Source: Patescibacteria group bacterium (GTDB lineage Bacteria; Patescibacteriota; Minisyncoccia; UBA6257; GWB1-50-10). Taken from it: a stretch of DNA of 64,000 nucleotides. Both the position numbers and the translations under genes were made by a program. Location: positions 5,157 through 69,156 of the forward strand of contig JBBTQX010000004.1 of NCBI GenBank assembly GCA_038065455.1, written 5' to 3'. The notes below the pieces were generated by a model that had not been told where the DNA came from, did no database searches, and saw only the letters and a program-made list of their open reading frames with translations. Below, piece after piece: positions 18,787 through 28,054 of this stretch (within the stretch, counting starts at the first letter, position 1; the number at the start of each line of letters is the position of its first letter).

Positions 18787-20010
18787 TTATTTCTCGACTT
18801 GTTTTTCTTCCTCTCCGAAATCATTCTGACCTTCCTCTACCGCCGCCACGGCTACACCGCCTTCCTGCACCTCGTCCGGATTGGATTGCGAGCGCACATC
18901 TATCTTCCAACCCGTAAGTTTAGCCGCGAGCCGCACATTCTGTCCGCCTTTGCCGATTGCGAGGCTCAACTGGTCTTCGGAAACGAGCACCCGCGCTTCG
19001 CGCCGTTCCAATATTTCCACGAGCTTCGCCTTGGCGGGCGAAACGGAATTGCCGATGAACTTCGCCGGGTCATCGGACCACTCTATAATGTCTATTTTTT
19101 CGTTGCCGAGCTCGTTCGTCACCGCCATCACGCGCGTTCCGCGCTGGCCGACCGCCGAGCCGACGGGGTCCACGCCGTCTTCCTTCGAAGCGACCGCGAT
19201 TTTGGTGCGGCTGCCCGCTTCCCGCGCGATTTCTTTTACCTCCACCGTGCCTTCGGCAATCTCGGGCACCTCAAGTTCGAAAAGCTTTTTCACGAAATTC
19301 GGGTGCGAACGCGAAAGCACGATACCCGGCCGGCGCGGATCGTCCTGAACGGCCAAAACATAAAAGCGCATCCGGTCGCCCACGCGATAGTGCTCACCCG
19401 GAATGCTTTCGTTCGGATACATAATGCCCACCGCGCGCCCGAGATTCACGAAAACATTGCCCCGGTCGAAACGCTGAACTACTCCGCTCATAATCATTCC
19501 CTCTTTGTCCGCAAATTCGTCTTTTATTGACGAGCGCTCCGCCTCGCGGAGATTCTGCAAAATCACCTGCTTGGCCGTCTGCGCCGCGATGCGGCCGAAA
19601 TCGGCCTGTACCTCGAGCGGAAATTCCAATTCCTCTTCTATCTGGACATCCGATTTTATTTTTTTGGCATCCTCGAGGAATATGTGCCGGTCGGGATTAT
19701 ATCGCGGGAACTCTTCTTTTTCCTCCGCTCCCTGAGCCATGGGCGGCTGATTCTGAATCTGTTCTTCCTCTTCCGATTCGCTCACAATGCGCACTTGAGC
19801 GGGATCAACCACTGCCTTTACCTGCGAGAAATCCACATCCCCCGTTTTCAGGTTAAATTTGGCACGAATTATTTCCGAACGCTTCCGGTATTCTTTTTTA
19901 TAGGCGGCGGCGATGGCCGCTTCGATAGCGCCCAAAACTTTTTCCGCCGGTATTCCTTTTTCCGCGGCAATTTGTTCCGCCGCGCTCGCTAATGTTTTTA
20001 AATCCATCAT
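18787..20010 (-). CDS. nusA: transcription termination/antitermination factor NusA
   Basis: An N-terminal domain, an S1 domain and two KH domains are present (LSLAIGKGGQNVRLAAKLTGWKIDV). There is an acidic insertion in the middle. Confidence 0.85.
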   Translation of the reverse strand: MMDLKTLASAAEQIAAEKGIPAEKVLGAIEAAIAAAYKKEYRKRSEIIRAKFNLKTGDVDFSQVKAVVDPAQVRIVSESEEEEQIQNQPPMAQGAEEKEEFPRYNPDRHIFLEDAKKIKSDVQIEEELEFPLEVQADFGRIAAQTAKQVILQNLREAERSSIKDEFADKEGMIMSGVVQRFDRGNVFVNLGRAVGIMYPNESIPGEHYRVGDRMRFYVLAVQDDPRRPGIVLSRSHPNFVKKLFELEVPEIAEGTVEVKEIAREAGSRTKIAVASKEDGVDPVGSAVGQRGTRVMAVTNELGNEKIDIIEWSDDPAKFIGNSVSPAKAKLVEILERREARVLVSEDQLSLAIGKGGQNVRLAAKLTGWKIDVRSQSNPDEVQEGGVAVAAVEEGQNDFGEEEKQVEK

Positions 20011-20086
20011 GTTTGTTTAAAATTTTACCGCTCTCGAGGAGCGGATTACATATCAATAATATCCCAACCGATAAAACAATCAAGTA

Positions 20087-20115
20087 TTGACGTATTTATA
20101 TTATTATGATATACT
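20087..20115 (+). promoter_or_regulatory. sigma70-type promoter TTGACG-17-TATACT
   Basis: The -35 is at 20087-20092 and the -10 at 20110-20115. An AGGAGG Shine-Dalgarno sits at 20163-20168, before the ATG at 20175. Confidence 0.5.
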
Positions 20116-20174
20116 ACAATTAGCATAGAAAATTAACGATTTAATTTTTATTCACAATTTAATAGGAGGTTGTT

Positions 20175-20639
20175 ATGAAAAGAGAATTAAAGGCATTTTG
20201 GGTATCTTTATTCATCATTATTGCCATTCTAGTACTGATGATATTATTGAAAGTCACGGGTTATCGGGAATTTGATTTCGACCGCTCTGATAATCCTCTG
20301 CCGCCGAATCCTGTTATTAATTCTTCCCTTTGCGCCGAACTCGAAAAGGCTAAGGAGGGTGATTTTGTTGAATTCGATAGTCAGTGGCATGTTATAACCA
20401 ACATAAATTTCATTAACGATGGCGATGACCGGGATTATTATGTCATGCTCCTAAAATATGGCGGTATGATCAATATACCGGTTTACTATAATCGAGTCGA
20501 TGACAATGCACGGATTAGTCGGGTTATCCGGTGGGAAGAGGGCAATGAATCATCATTATCAATGATGAGTGATGTGCCGATCGGCCAAATAAAATGGAAG
20601 GCCGCGGCAAGGGAGTTTTTCAAAACAAACAAGCAGTGA
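20175..20639 (+). CDS. hypothetical N-terminally anchored protein (154 aa)
   Basis: A strong Shine-Dalgarno sequence precedes the ATG and the N-terminus has one TM helix. The gene is in an AT-rich region. Confidence 0.55.
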   Translation: MKRELKAFWVSLFIIIAILVLMILLKVTGYREFDFDRSDNPLPPNPVINSSLCAELEKAKEGDFVEFDSQWHVITNINFINDGDDRDYYVMLLKYGGMINIPVYYNRVDDNARISRVIRWEEGNESSLSMMSDVPIGQIKWKAAAREFFKTNKQ

Positions 20640-20958
20640 AATCCGAGTTAGTATGATAATGGCGACCAATTCATCGGCCGCCATTTTTATTTCCTAAAAC
20701 CGTTTAGATATATAACTAAAAAAACAAGGTAGTATAATTGACTATACCACCTGGTAATTAATCCTTGAGTAATTCTATTTTAAAGCAGGCCTTTTCTCTT
20801 AATTCCTGACTTATATTCTTTTTGTTCACCCGTGTCATATTGATTTCTTTTTATTCTAGCATATATAAATAGTTCGACATGCTATACCATCTGGTAGTCT
20901 AATTGATTAGACTACCCATTATAATATGTGAAATTAGGGACATATTCAAACATTTTCT

Positions 20959-21336
20959 TTAAATGTTTTCGTAGTGGCGGATTTCGAAAGCATCGGCTTC
21001 GGCAAACCCATTACTCTTCTTAACAAGAGCCACGAGATCCAGACGCCAGCCCCTTTTGTCGCTTATGAGCTCTTCGTGGGAACCCGCGTATATTTCCGCC
21101 GTCCGGCGGAATTTTTTCATCTTAGCTCCGGACATCTGGTCTTCCGGTTTCAATATCCCCGGCCTCATAGTCTTAACTTCCACAAAAACCAGGGTCTTAT
21201 CCGGTGCTATTACCACAATATCCAACTCGCCCCATTTCTCCCGCTTATTTCGTTCAATTACCCCATAACCCTTTCTTTTCAGATATTCGGCCGCAAAATC
21301 CTCCCCCTCCCGCCCCAATTCAGATTTTTGAGTCAT
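20959..21336 (-). CDS. YraN-family (UPF0102) putative endonuclease
   Basis: GREGEDFAAEYLKRKGYGVIERNKREKWGELDIVV...LVFVEVKTMR matches the YraN signature. The start is taken at the internal Met (MTQKS). Confidence 0.65.
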   Translation of the reverse strand: MTQKSELGREGEDFAAEYLKRKGYGVIERNKREKWGELDIVVIAPDKTLVFVEVKTMRPGILKPEDQMSGAKMKKFRRTAEIYAGSHEELISDKRGWRLDLVALVKKSNGFAEADAFEIRHYENI

Positions 21337-21772
21337 AGTAAGCAAATTTCCCGAATTTCCCCTGTTTGTGCAAATTGAATATTCTTCTATATGGATATGG
21401 GACGTTGGTATTCCCAATCTTCTCTATCCATTCCTGAAATTGAACTCCTTTGTAACCACGGAGTTTTCCATAAAAGAACGGAACGACCACATTTATAAGC
21501 GACAAATAATCCCTAACTATTAATGTCGCCATTTTACCCCTATTAACCCCGTCTTTTCTGTATGGACCACTAACATAAATACTATTACTGTTTATTTTTG
21601 GCAGCTTCATTGATGTTCTCATGAGCCTCAAAAGCTCTTCATCTCGTTGATGCATAGAAATAATAAAAGTTGGAACTTTTAGTTTTTCTTCTCTTTTTAC
21701 TCTTGTATCAAAGGTGAAGCAACCCTCTCCTTCTACTAATCCTCTGATATATTCATCAGAAAGTAGTTCCAT
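21320..21772 (-). CDS. free-standing single-motif LAGLIDADG homing endonuclease
   Basis: LSDEYIRGLVEGEGCF is the LAGLIDADG dodecapeptide. The protein is 150 aa. The island is AT-rich. A TGATATAAT -10 lies directly upstream. Confidence 0.75.
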   Translation of the reverse strand: MELLSDEYIRGLVEGEGCFTFDTRVKREEKLKVPTFIISMHQRDEELLRLMRTSMKLPKINSNSIYVSGPYRKDGVNRGKMATLIVRDYLSLINVVVPFFYGKLRGYKGVQFQEWIEKIGNTNVPYPYRRIFNLHKQGKFGKFAYYDSKI

Positions 21773-22042
21773 ATATAAATAATTATATCAAAAAATATTT
21801 GATAAAGTGTTTATGCACAAACACTTTTGACCCTTATTTTTCTCAAAATCCTAAAAACGTAATGCCAGTATGACTACCAGGTTTTGGAGTTATCAACAGT
21901 GTTTTACAATGTTTTACAAGATTCGTCAAAAGAGTAGCATTCATCGCGCTACCCGATAACCGCATGAAACCTACATATGTAGGTTTCATCGCATTATCGG
22001 GTTTTTCGGGTTTTACAGGTTTTTCAATTTAATCAAATAAAA

Positions 22043-22080
22043 GACCCTTTACCGAAAAACCGGCAAAAGGTCTAAAACAG
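22043..22080 (-). terminator. rho-independent terminator downstream of the ORF at 22090..22461
   Basis: On the minus strand the hairpin GACCTTTTGCCGG-ttttt-CGGTAAAGGGTC is followed by CTTTTATTT. Confidence 0.5.
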
Positions 22081-22089
22081 ATATATCAA

Positions 22090-22461
22090 TTAGACAGTAC
22101 GGGGAGTGGGGGAATTTCCGGAATATTTTGGTATTCTCTTCACCTTTTTCACGATATTCGACGCTTTTTTAAAAGCATACTCTGCACAATAACGCTGGGT
22201 TTGCAGATAATCATTATCCAAGATGTTTTTTGGATCAGATTCAAATATCACACATTCATTTTTTCGCGCGAAATCATCACATTTCTTTTTTGCCTCTCTC
22301 CATTTATAGCTCAATTCATTCAATTTATTCCTGATTTCATAATCAGAAACCTGCGCCGGCCATTTCCCGAAAATCTTCCGAAAACGCCAAGCCGGACTGA
22401 ACAAAAATGCTACTGGCAAAAATAGGGCGATTAAAGCCAAAAGATACAAAAGATTTGACAT
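22090..22461 (-). CDS. hypothetical membrane-anchored protein (123 aa)
   Basis: The N-terminus has one TM helix (LLYLLALIALFLPVAFLF). No recognisable motif was found. Confidence 0.45.
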   Translation of the reverse strand: MSNLLYLLALIALFLPVAFLFSPAWRFRKIFGKWPAQVSDYEIRNKLNELSYKWREAKKKCDDFARKNECVIFESDPKNILDNDYLQTQRYCAEYAFKKASNIVKKVKRIPKYSGNSPTPRTV

Positions 22462-22535
22462 AAGACCTCCTTAAAAATGAAAGTTAGGTTTTGAAATATT
22501 GGTTTATAAAGCTATCTGATTCAATTAAACAACTA

Positions 22536-23282
22536 CTATAGAACTCTGTCAATAAACCTCTTTGTCTCTTCCGGACCGGATACTTTTACGCATTTTATTC
22601 CGGCTTTCTTAGCCGAATAGTCATTCCCGCCGGGAAAGAGGGTGTCGCCGAAAAAAACAACATCTTTTTTTGAAATCTTAAAGAACTTCATCAGTTTTTT
22701 TATAGCATAGCCTTTATCGATGCCTTTCTTGGTGATATCAATCGAGGTGAGCCCGCCTTGGCGAACTTCGAAATTCGGCAGGATTTTTTTCATAAATTTT
22801 ACGATCCTGGGCCGAATATCTCGCCGGCGGTTCCATTCTTTTTTAAACGGCAGGGGAGCGCGGTCGCCCAAAGCCGAGAATGTCACCTGAGTTCCGCGAT
22901 TCTCAATCGTGACTCCGAATATGCGTTTGGGATATTCAAAATCGGCTTCAAAAAGCCCTTTATTCAAGGCTTTTTTTATTCTCGCCAAGTCTTTTCGGTT
23001 AAGCCTTATCTCATACTCTTTCCGCCAACCTTTCCTATAGGAGAAGAACGAAGCGCCATTGGTGGGGAAAAGGAACAAATTATGGAGATTTATCGACTCT
23101 TTTTCGAGCGGTTTCAAAAGTTGTTCCTTGAAAAGTGCCAATTTGCCGCCGCCCACAACCGCCACCTTGGTTTTTTGGGTCAGTTTGGCGAGAATTTTGG
23201 CCATACCGCGATCGATCGGCATCTTACTTTTCGCAAGCGTTCCATCCAAATCGAAAATGAAGACTTTTTTGTCCTTGAGCAT
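22536..23282 (-). CDS. HAD-IIB family hydrolase, phosphomannomutase-like
   Basis: FIFDLDGTL is HAD motif I. FFGDTLFPGGNDY resembles the eukaryotic-type phosphomannomutase C-terminal motif. Confidence 0.6.
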   Translation of the reverse strand: MLKDKKVFIFDLDGTLAKSKMPIDRGMAKILAKLTQKTKVAVVGGGKLALFKEQLLKPLEKESINLHNLFLFPTNGASFFSYRKGWRKEYEIRLNRKDLARIKKALNKGLFEADFEYPKRIFGVTIENRGTQVTFSALGDRAPLPFKKEWNRRRDIRPRIVKFMKKILPNFEVRQGGLTSIDITKKGIDKGYAIKKLMKFFKISKKDVVFFGDTLFPGGNDYSAKKAGIKCVKVSGPEETKRFIDRVL

Positions 23283-23368
23283 GGGCTGGTTAACCAGGCA
23301 GTAGAAACTCGATTAGGGTATGGATTCCGGCCGCGCCGCAATCGAGTTTTCACTACCTGGTTAATTGA
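23283..23368. repeat. inverted pair of the CGAGTTTCTACTACCTGGTTAA repeat, with a CTGGTTAACCAG palindrome
   Basis: The reverse copy is at 23283-23311 (ctggttaaccaggcagtagaaactcgatt). The forward copy is at 23340-23368 (aatcgagttttcactacctggttaattg). A third copy is at 33112-33140. Confidence 0.6.
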
Positions 23369-23405
23369 ATTCTAGTCTATTTTCGTCTTTAATAGAATAA
23401 GTCTT

Positions 23406-25487
23406 ATGACAAAAATGAAATCAAAACAAAAGAAAGGAGAGATAACACCTCTTCATCCCGATACGATGAAAAGTATTTGGTTCGTGATTCTCTTTGGTCT
23501 TGCGATAATTTTTATTTTGGCCGGCACCGGCCAGGCGGGTCCCATCGGCAACGGCTTTTACGGATTTTTCGGAAAACTTTTCGGCTGGGGCTATTGGCTT
23601 CTACCCGCGCTTTCGCTTCTTGTCGGTTTTGTTTCGCTTGCAAGCGACAGACGGAAATTGCTCGGCTCGGTGCTTATGGGCGGCATCATCTTTATTCTTT
23701 CCGCTTTGGGACTGATAGATATTATTTCGCCCGGAAACGGCGGTTGGGCGGGTATAGCCGTGGGCGCGCTTAAGATTCCTTTCGGCACTCCGGCTTCGGT
23801 TGTCATTACCATAACCGCGCTCGTGGTTTCTTTTCTCGTTATCGTGAACCGGCCGCTTAAACTGAATCTTTTGAACGGCAAAAAAGACAATGAGGAAGAT
23901 GAGTTGGAAATAAACATACCCGAAGAACCGCCGGCTGCGCCTAAAAATGAAAAGAATCTGCCGACTGGCGGAAAAAAAGAGAATAGTCCGCCAGCTGGCG
24001 GAGAGGAAAATCTGGTAATAGAATCGAAAATGGAAATGCCAAAAACGGGGGTTCTCGCTCGGCCGATAAAGAATTATGTCGCGCCGCCGCTCGACCTTTT
24101 AACCTCGACTACCGAGAAGCCGACTATCGGTGACCTGCGGGCAAACGCGAACGTCATTAAACGGACTTTGGACGGCTTCGGTATCCCGGTCGAGATGGGA
24201 GAAATCAACGTCGGACCAACCGTTACCCGCTACACCTTAAAACCAGCCGAGGGAATCAAACTCTCCAGAATAACGGCTTTAAGCCAGGATTTAGCCATGT
24301 CTTTGGCCGCCCATCCTATTAGGATTGAAGCGCCGATTCCCGGCAAATCGCTCGTAGGCATCGAGGTGCCAAACAAAGCGGCGGCCGTCGTGCGGCTTGG
24401 TAGCCTTCTCTTGTATCCCGATTCCAAAAAATCCGGCCAGCTTTCTTTTGCCCTCGGACGGAATGTGAGTGGCGAGCCGATTTTCAAAGATATCGAAAAA
24501 ATGCCCCACCTTTTGGTCGCAGGCGCGACCGGCTCCGGCAAATCCATCATGATTCACTCCATTATAATGTCTCTGCTCTATAAAAACTCGCCGGATATGC
24601 TCCGTTTTATAATGATTGACCCGAAACGCGTGGAACTTTCAATTTATAACGGCATTCCGCATCTTTTATCTCCCGTCATCACCGAGAATAAAAAATCAAT
24701 CGCCGTCCTCCGCTGGGCCATTCAGGAAATGGATCGGCGCTACAAGCTCCTTCTGGGCGAGGGCTCGCGCGATATTACAAGTTACAATAAGTCCGGTAAG
24801 AATTCGCTACCTTATCTCGTAATCGTGATAGACGAATTGGCGGATCTAATGACTTCCTACGGCCACGAAGTGGAGGGTTCAATTATCCGCCTAGCACAGA
24901 TGGCCCGCGCGACCGGCATCCATCTCATTGTTTCCACCCAGCGGCCGTCGGTCGAGGTCATCACTGGCCTCATCAAAGCCAATATTACCTCGCGCATCGC
25001 GCTCCAAGTGGCGAGCCAGATAGATTCGCGGACGATACTGGATGCCGCCGGCGCGGAAAAACTTTTGGGGAGCGGCGACGCGCTCTTTACCTCCGCCGAA
25101 CTTTCAAAACCTCTGCGCGTCCAGGGCGCGTATCTCACGGAGGAAGAAATAAAGAAGGTAACCGAATTTATCAAAAAGAATAATGAGAGCGCCGATGAGG
25201 GCATAAATGTTTCGGGTAATAACGGCACCGGAGAAGAAACCTCGGTGAATCTCAACTTCGACGACTTCGATACCGATGGCGCCGACGAACTTCTCGAAGA
25301 AGCGATTGAAACCGTCCGGGCCGCGAAAAAAGCTTCGGCTTCTCTCCTTCAGAGACGGCTTAAAGTCGGCTATGCCCGGGCCGCGAGACTCTTGGATATA
25401 ATGGAGGAAAAAGGCATAATCGGGCCGGGGGACGGAGCGAAACCCCGGGAAGTGTTTTATAATGACGGGGAAGGAAATGGAGAATGA
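23406..25487 (+). CDS. ftsK: DNA translocase FtsK/SpoIIIE
   Basis: The N-terminus has TM segments. The Walker A motif is GATGSGKS. The C-terminal gamma domain is winged-helix-like (LLQRRLKVGYARAARLLDIMEEKGIIGP). Confidence 0.9.
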   Translation: MTKMKSKQKKGEITPLHPDTMKSIWFVILFGLAIIFILAGTGQAGPIGNGFYGFFGKLFGWGYWLLPALSLLVGFVSLASDRRKLLGSVLMGGIIFILSALGLIDIISPGNGGWAGIAVGALKIPFGTPASVVITITALVVSFLVIVNRPLKLNLLNGKKDNEEDELEINIPEEPPAAPKNEKNLPTGGKKENSPPAGGEENLVIESKMEMPKTGVLARPIKNYVAPPLDLLTSTTEKPTIGDLRANANVIKRTLDGFGIPVEMGEINVGPTVTRYTLKPAEGIKLSRITALSQDLAMSLAAHPIRIEAPIPGKSLVGIEVPNKAAAVVRLGSLLLYPDSKKSGQLSFALGRNVSGEPIFKDIEKMPHLLVAGATGSGKSIMIHSIIMSLLYKNSPDMLRFIMIDPKRVELSIYNGIPHLLSPVITENKKSIAVLRWAIQEMDRRYKLLLGEGSRDITSYNKSGKNSLPYLVIVIDELADLMTSYGHEVEGSIIRLAQMARATGIHLIVSTQRPSVEVITGLIKANITSRIALQVASQIDSRTILDAAGAEKLLGSGDALFTSAELSKPLRVQGAYLTEEEIKKVTEFIKKNNESADEGINVSGNNGTGEETSVNLNFDDFDTDGADELLEEAIETVRAAKKASASLLQRRLKVGYARAARLLDIMEEKGIIGPGDGAKPREVFYNDGEGNGE

Positions 25488-26136
25488 AAAGAAAAAATTA
25501 AACAATCTCATCCTTGAAGCTTTGAAACTCAAAGGGATGAATCTGGAAAAGCTTTCCCAGCTGACCGGGGTTTCCGAACATTCGCTCGCTCTGCTTCTTG
25601 AGGAGCAATTCGACAAATTGCCGCCCGCGCCCTATGTCCGCGGCTATTTGCTCAAGATCGCCGAGGTTCTGAACCTGGACGGCCGGGAACTTTGGCGGGA
25701 ATATCTTAAAAATAACGAGGAAATCCGCCGTTCCGGCAAAGAAGATATCTTGCCGTTGAACCGGTTCGCCATACCGAAACTCAATAAAAAAATTGTCGCA
25801 ATTTCCGGAGCGGTTATTTTGTTCGTCGCGCTCGTCATTTTCCGCCTGCCGGCTTTTTTCGGCCAGCCGGAACTCGAAATTTCGAATATTGACGAGAATC
25901 CGACCATTGTCCGCGAGGCCACGTTCGCCGTCCGTGGTATAATGAATCCGACTGATGAACTTATGATAAACGGCGAGGTCATCTATCCTCAAAAAGACGG
26001 AAACTTCGAAAAAAACATATTGCTTCAGCCCGGCTTCAATAATGTAGTGTTCCAAATAAAAAAATTGCTTGGTCGAGTCTATATGGTAGAAAAACAAATT
26101 TTCTATCAAACCAAAGAAAAAAATGAAACCCAATAA
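25462..26136 (+). CDS. RodZ-like helix-turn-helix membrane protein
   Basis: The N-terminal helix-turn-helix region reads [43 protein letters not shown]. It is followed by one TM helix and then a beta-rich C-terminal domain. Confidence 0.5.
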   Translation: MTGKEMENEKKKLNNLILEALKLKGMNLEKLSQLTGVSEHSLALLLEEQFDKLPPAPYVRGYLLKIAEVLNLDGRELWREYLKNNEEIRRSGKEDILPLNRFAIPKLNKKIVAISGAVILFVALVIFRLPAFFGQPELEISNIDENPTIVREATFAVRGIMNPTDELMINGEVIYPQKDGNFEKNILLQPGFNNVVFQIKKLLGRVYMVEKQIFYQTKEKNETQ

Positions 26137-27166
26137 ACAGGAAAAGGAAAAAGCCGGCGAGAGCATTGATTCACTCATCGAATCCATCCAGTCGCGCTTC
26201 GGCGACGGCTCCATAATGAGGTTAGGAGAAAATCATCATTCCAAGGTGGCGGTCGTGCCTTCCGGTTCGTTCTCGTTGGATATCGCCCTAGGCGGAGGAT
26301 TGCCCAAAGGAAGAGTAATCGAAATATTCGGACCGGAATCTTCCGGCAAGACGACGCTCGCGCTCCACGCGGTCGCCGAAGCACAGAAGCGCGGCGGCAA
26401 GGCTGCTTTTATAGATGCCGAACACGCCCTTGATCCGGAATATGCCGCGCGCATCGGCGTGAAGGTGAAAGACCTCATTATTTCCCAGCCGGACAACGGC
26501 GAAGAGGCGCTGAATATCCTGGAAAGCCTCGTGCGCTCCAACATTATAGACGTGGTGGTAATAGATTCCGTCGCGGCCCTCACCCCGAAGGCCGAAATCG
26601 AGGGCGAGATGGGTCAATCGCATATGGGGCTCCAAGCGCGCCTCATGTCCCAAGCCCTCCGCAAACTCACCGCTATCGCGGACAAATCCGGCACGATAGT
26701 TATTTTCATAAACCAGACTCGGATGAAGATCGGCCTCGTCTTCGGCAATCCTGAAACGACGACCGGCGGAATGGCTTTAAAATTCTATGCCTCCGTTCGC
26801 ATCGATATCCGCCGCATCGCCCAGGTAAAAAAGGGGGAGGATATTATCGGCAACCGGGTGAAGGCCAAAATAGTCAAAAATAAAGTGGCACCGCCTTTCC
26901 GCATTGCCGAATTCGACATTATGTATGGCGAGGGCATTTCCTACGAAGCCGATGTGATGAACACCGCCTTGAAATACGAAGTAATGAAAAAGAACGGCGC
27001 GAGTTTTTCTTTCGGCGAAGAGAAGTTGGGAGTCGGATTCGACAATGTCCGGCTGAAACTCAAAGAAGACAAAAAACTCCTTGAATCGATAAAGAAAAAG
27101 ACCCAGGAGGCAGCCGACAAAAAGATTATAATTGGAGCTAGTCCTTCAACTGTTAGCGAAGAATAA
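26123..27166 (+). CDS. recA: recombinase RecA
   Basis: [19 protein letters not shown] is the Walker A region. The L1 and L2 loop regions are conserved. Confidence 0.95.
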   Translation: MKPNKQEKEKAGESIDSLIESIQSRFGDGSIMRLGENHHSKVAVVPSGSFSLDIALGGGLPKGRVIEIFGPESSGKTTLALHAVAEAQKRGGKAAFIDAEHALDPEYAARIGVKVKDLIISQPDNGEEALNILESLVRSNIIDVVVIDSVAALTPKAEIEGEMGQSHMGLQARLMSQALRKLTAIADKSGTIVIFINQTRMKIGLVFGNPETTTGGMALKFYASVRIDIRRIAQVKKGEDIIGNRVKAKIVKNKVAPPFRIAEFDIMYGEGISYEADVMNTALKYEVMKKNGASFSFGEEKLGVGFDNVRLKLKEDKKLLESIKKKTQEAADKKIIIGASPSTVSEE

Positions 27167-27171
27167 ATAAA

Positions 27172-27200
27172 AATCCGACATAATGTCGGATTTTTATTTT
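27172..27200. terminator. bidirectional rho-independent terminator between recA (+) and folD (-)
   Basis: The hairpin is TCCGACA-taa-TGTCGGA. It is followed by TTTTTATTTT, and the folD stop codon lies inside that T-tract. Confidence 0.7.
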
Positions 27201-28009
27201 AAATTGAGCTTGAAGAAATTTTCAAAAAGCTTGGCGACGAGAATCGGGCCGGTGCCGCCGGGAGTCGGCGTATAACAAATAGATTCGGAAACGCTCATCG
27301 GATTGAAATCGCCGGAAATTTTATCTCCACTCATCCCATATCCGAAATCAATTACGAGCGCATCATTTTTCACCATTTCTGATTTTATCAATCCGGCTTG
27401 CCCAGTACCCAAAATGATCAGATCGGCCTGTTTTAAAATCTTTAGATCACTTCCTATATCTAAACAATATAATTCGGCGCACTTGCCTTTGAGCCAAACG
27501 GATACCGGCTTACCCACTAAAAATCCCAAACCTACTACCGCTACGCGATAATTTTCAATCCGCCAGTCGGCGGACAATATACAATTTTCAACTATTTCTT
27601 GAACAACGCCGACGGCGGGAGGTAAAACCGGATTCCGACCGGTGTAGAAAGCGCCGAGCGCCCGTTCGCCCAAAACATCGATGTCCTTTTCTCGCGAAAT
27701 GGCGTTCAAAACATATTGGCAGTCGATATGGGCCGGAAGCGGCAACTGGACTATCGCTCCGCCGCACGTTTTATGTTTCGCGATTTTCAAAATCTCCTTC
27801 CGCAAGCCGTCCTGACCGATGCTTTCGGAAAATTTATAGAGCCGAAAATCCACACCAATCTCTTTCGCAATTTTTTCCTTTTGTTTTACAAAACTGGCCG
27901 ACGCCGCGTCATCTCCGATTAAAAAAACCGCCATAAATTTATTCGGTTTTTCCGATTTTTTCAAATTCTCCAATATCCCTTCCGCGATTTTCTTCCCGTC
28001 TATTACCAT
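27194..28009 (-). CDS. folD: bifunctional methylenetetrahydrofolate dehydrogenase/cyclohydrolase FolD
   Basis: The N-terminus MVIDGKKIAEGI... is followed by the FolD fold motifs PGGTGP and GPIL. Confidence 0.85.
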   Translation of the reverse strand: MVIDGKKIAEGILENLKKSEKPNKFMAVFLIGDDAASASFVKQKEKIAKEIGVDFRLYKFSESIGQDGLRKEILKIAKHKTCGGAIVQLPLPAHIDCQYVLNAISREKDIDVLGERALGAFYTGRNPVLPPAVGVVQEIVENCILSADWRIENYRVAVVGLGFLVGKPVSVWLKGKCAELYCLDIGSDLKILKQADLIILGTGQAGLIKSEMVKNDALVIDFGYGMSGDKISGDFNPMSVSESICYTPTPGGTGPILVAKLFENFFKLNLK

Positions 28010-28054
28010 TGATTTAGCAAAAGAAACGTGTTGTGGATAAGAGGAGGATAAGCC

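Noticed and set aside
21773-22090. A group I intron housing the LAGLIDADG ORF
   Set aside because: No interrupted host gene is apparent. There is no rRNA, tRNA or protein exon context, and no recognisable P/Q/R/S core elements were seen by eye. The region is better explained as a promoter plus a palindromic terminator.
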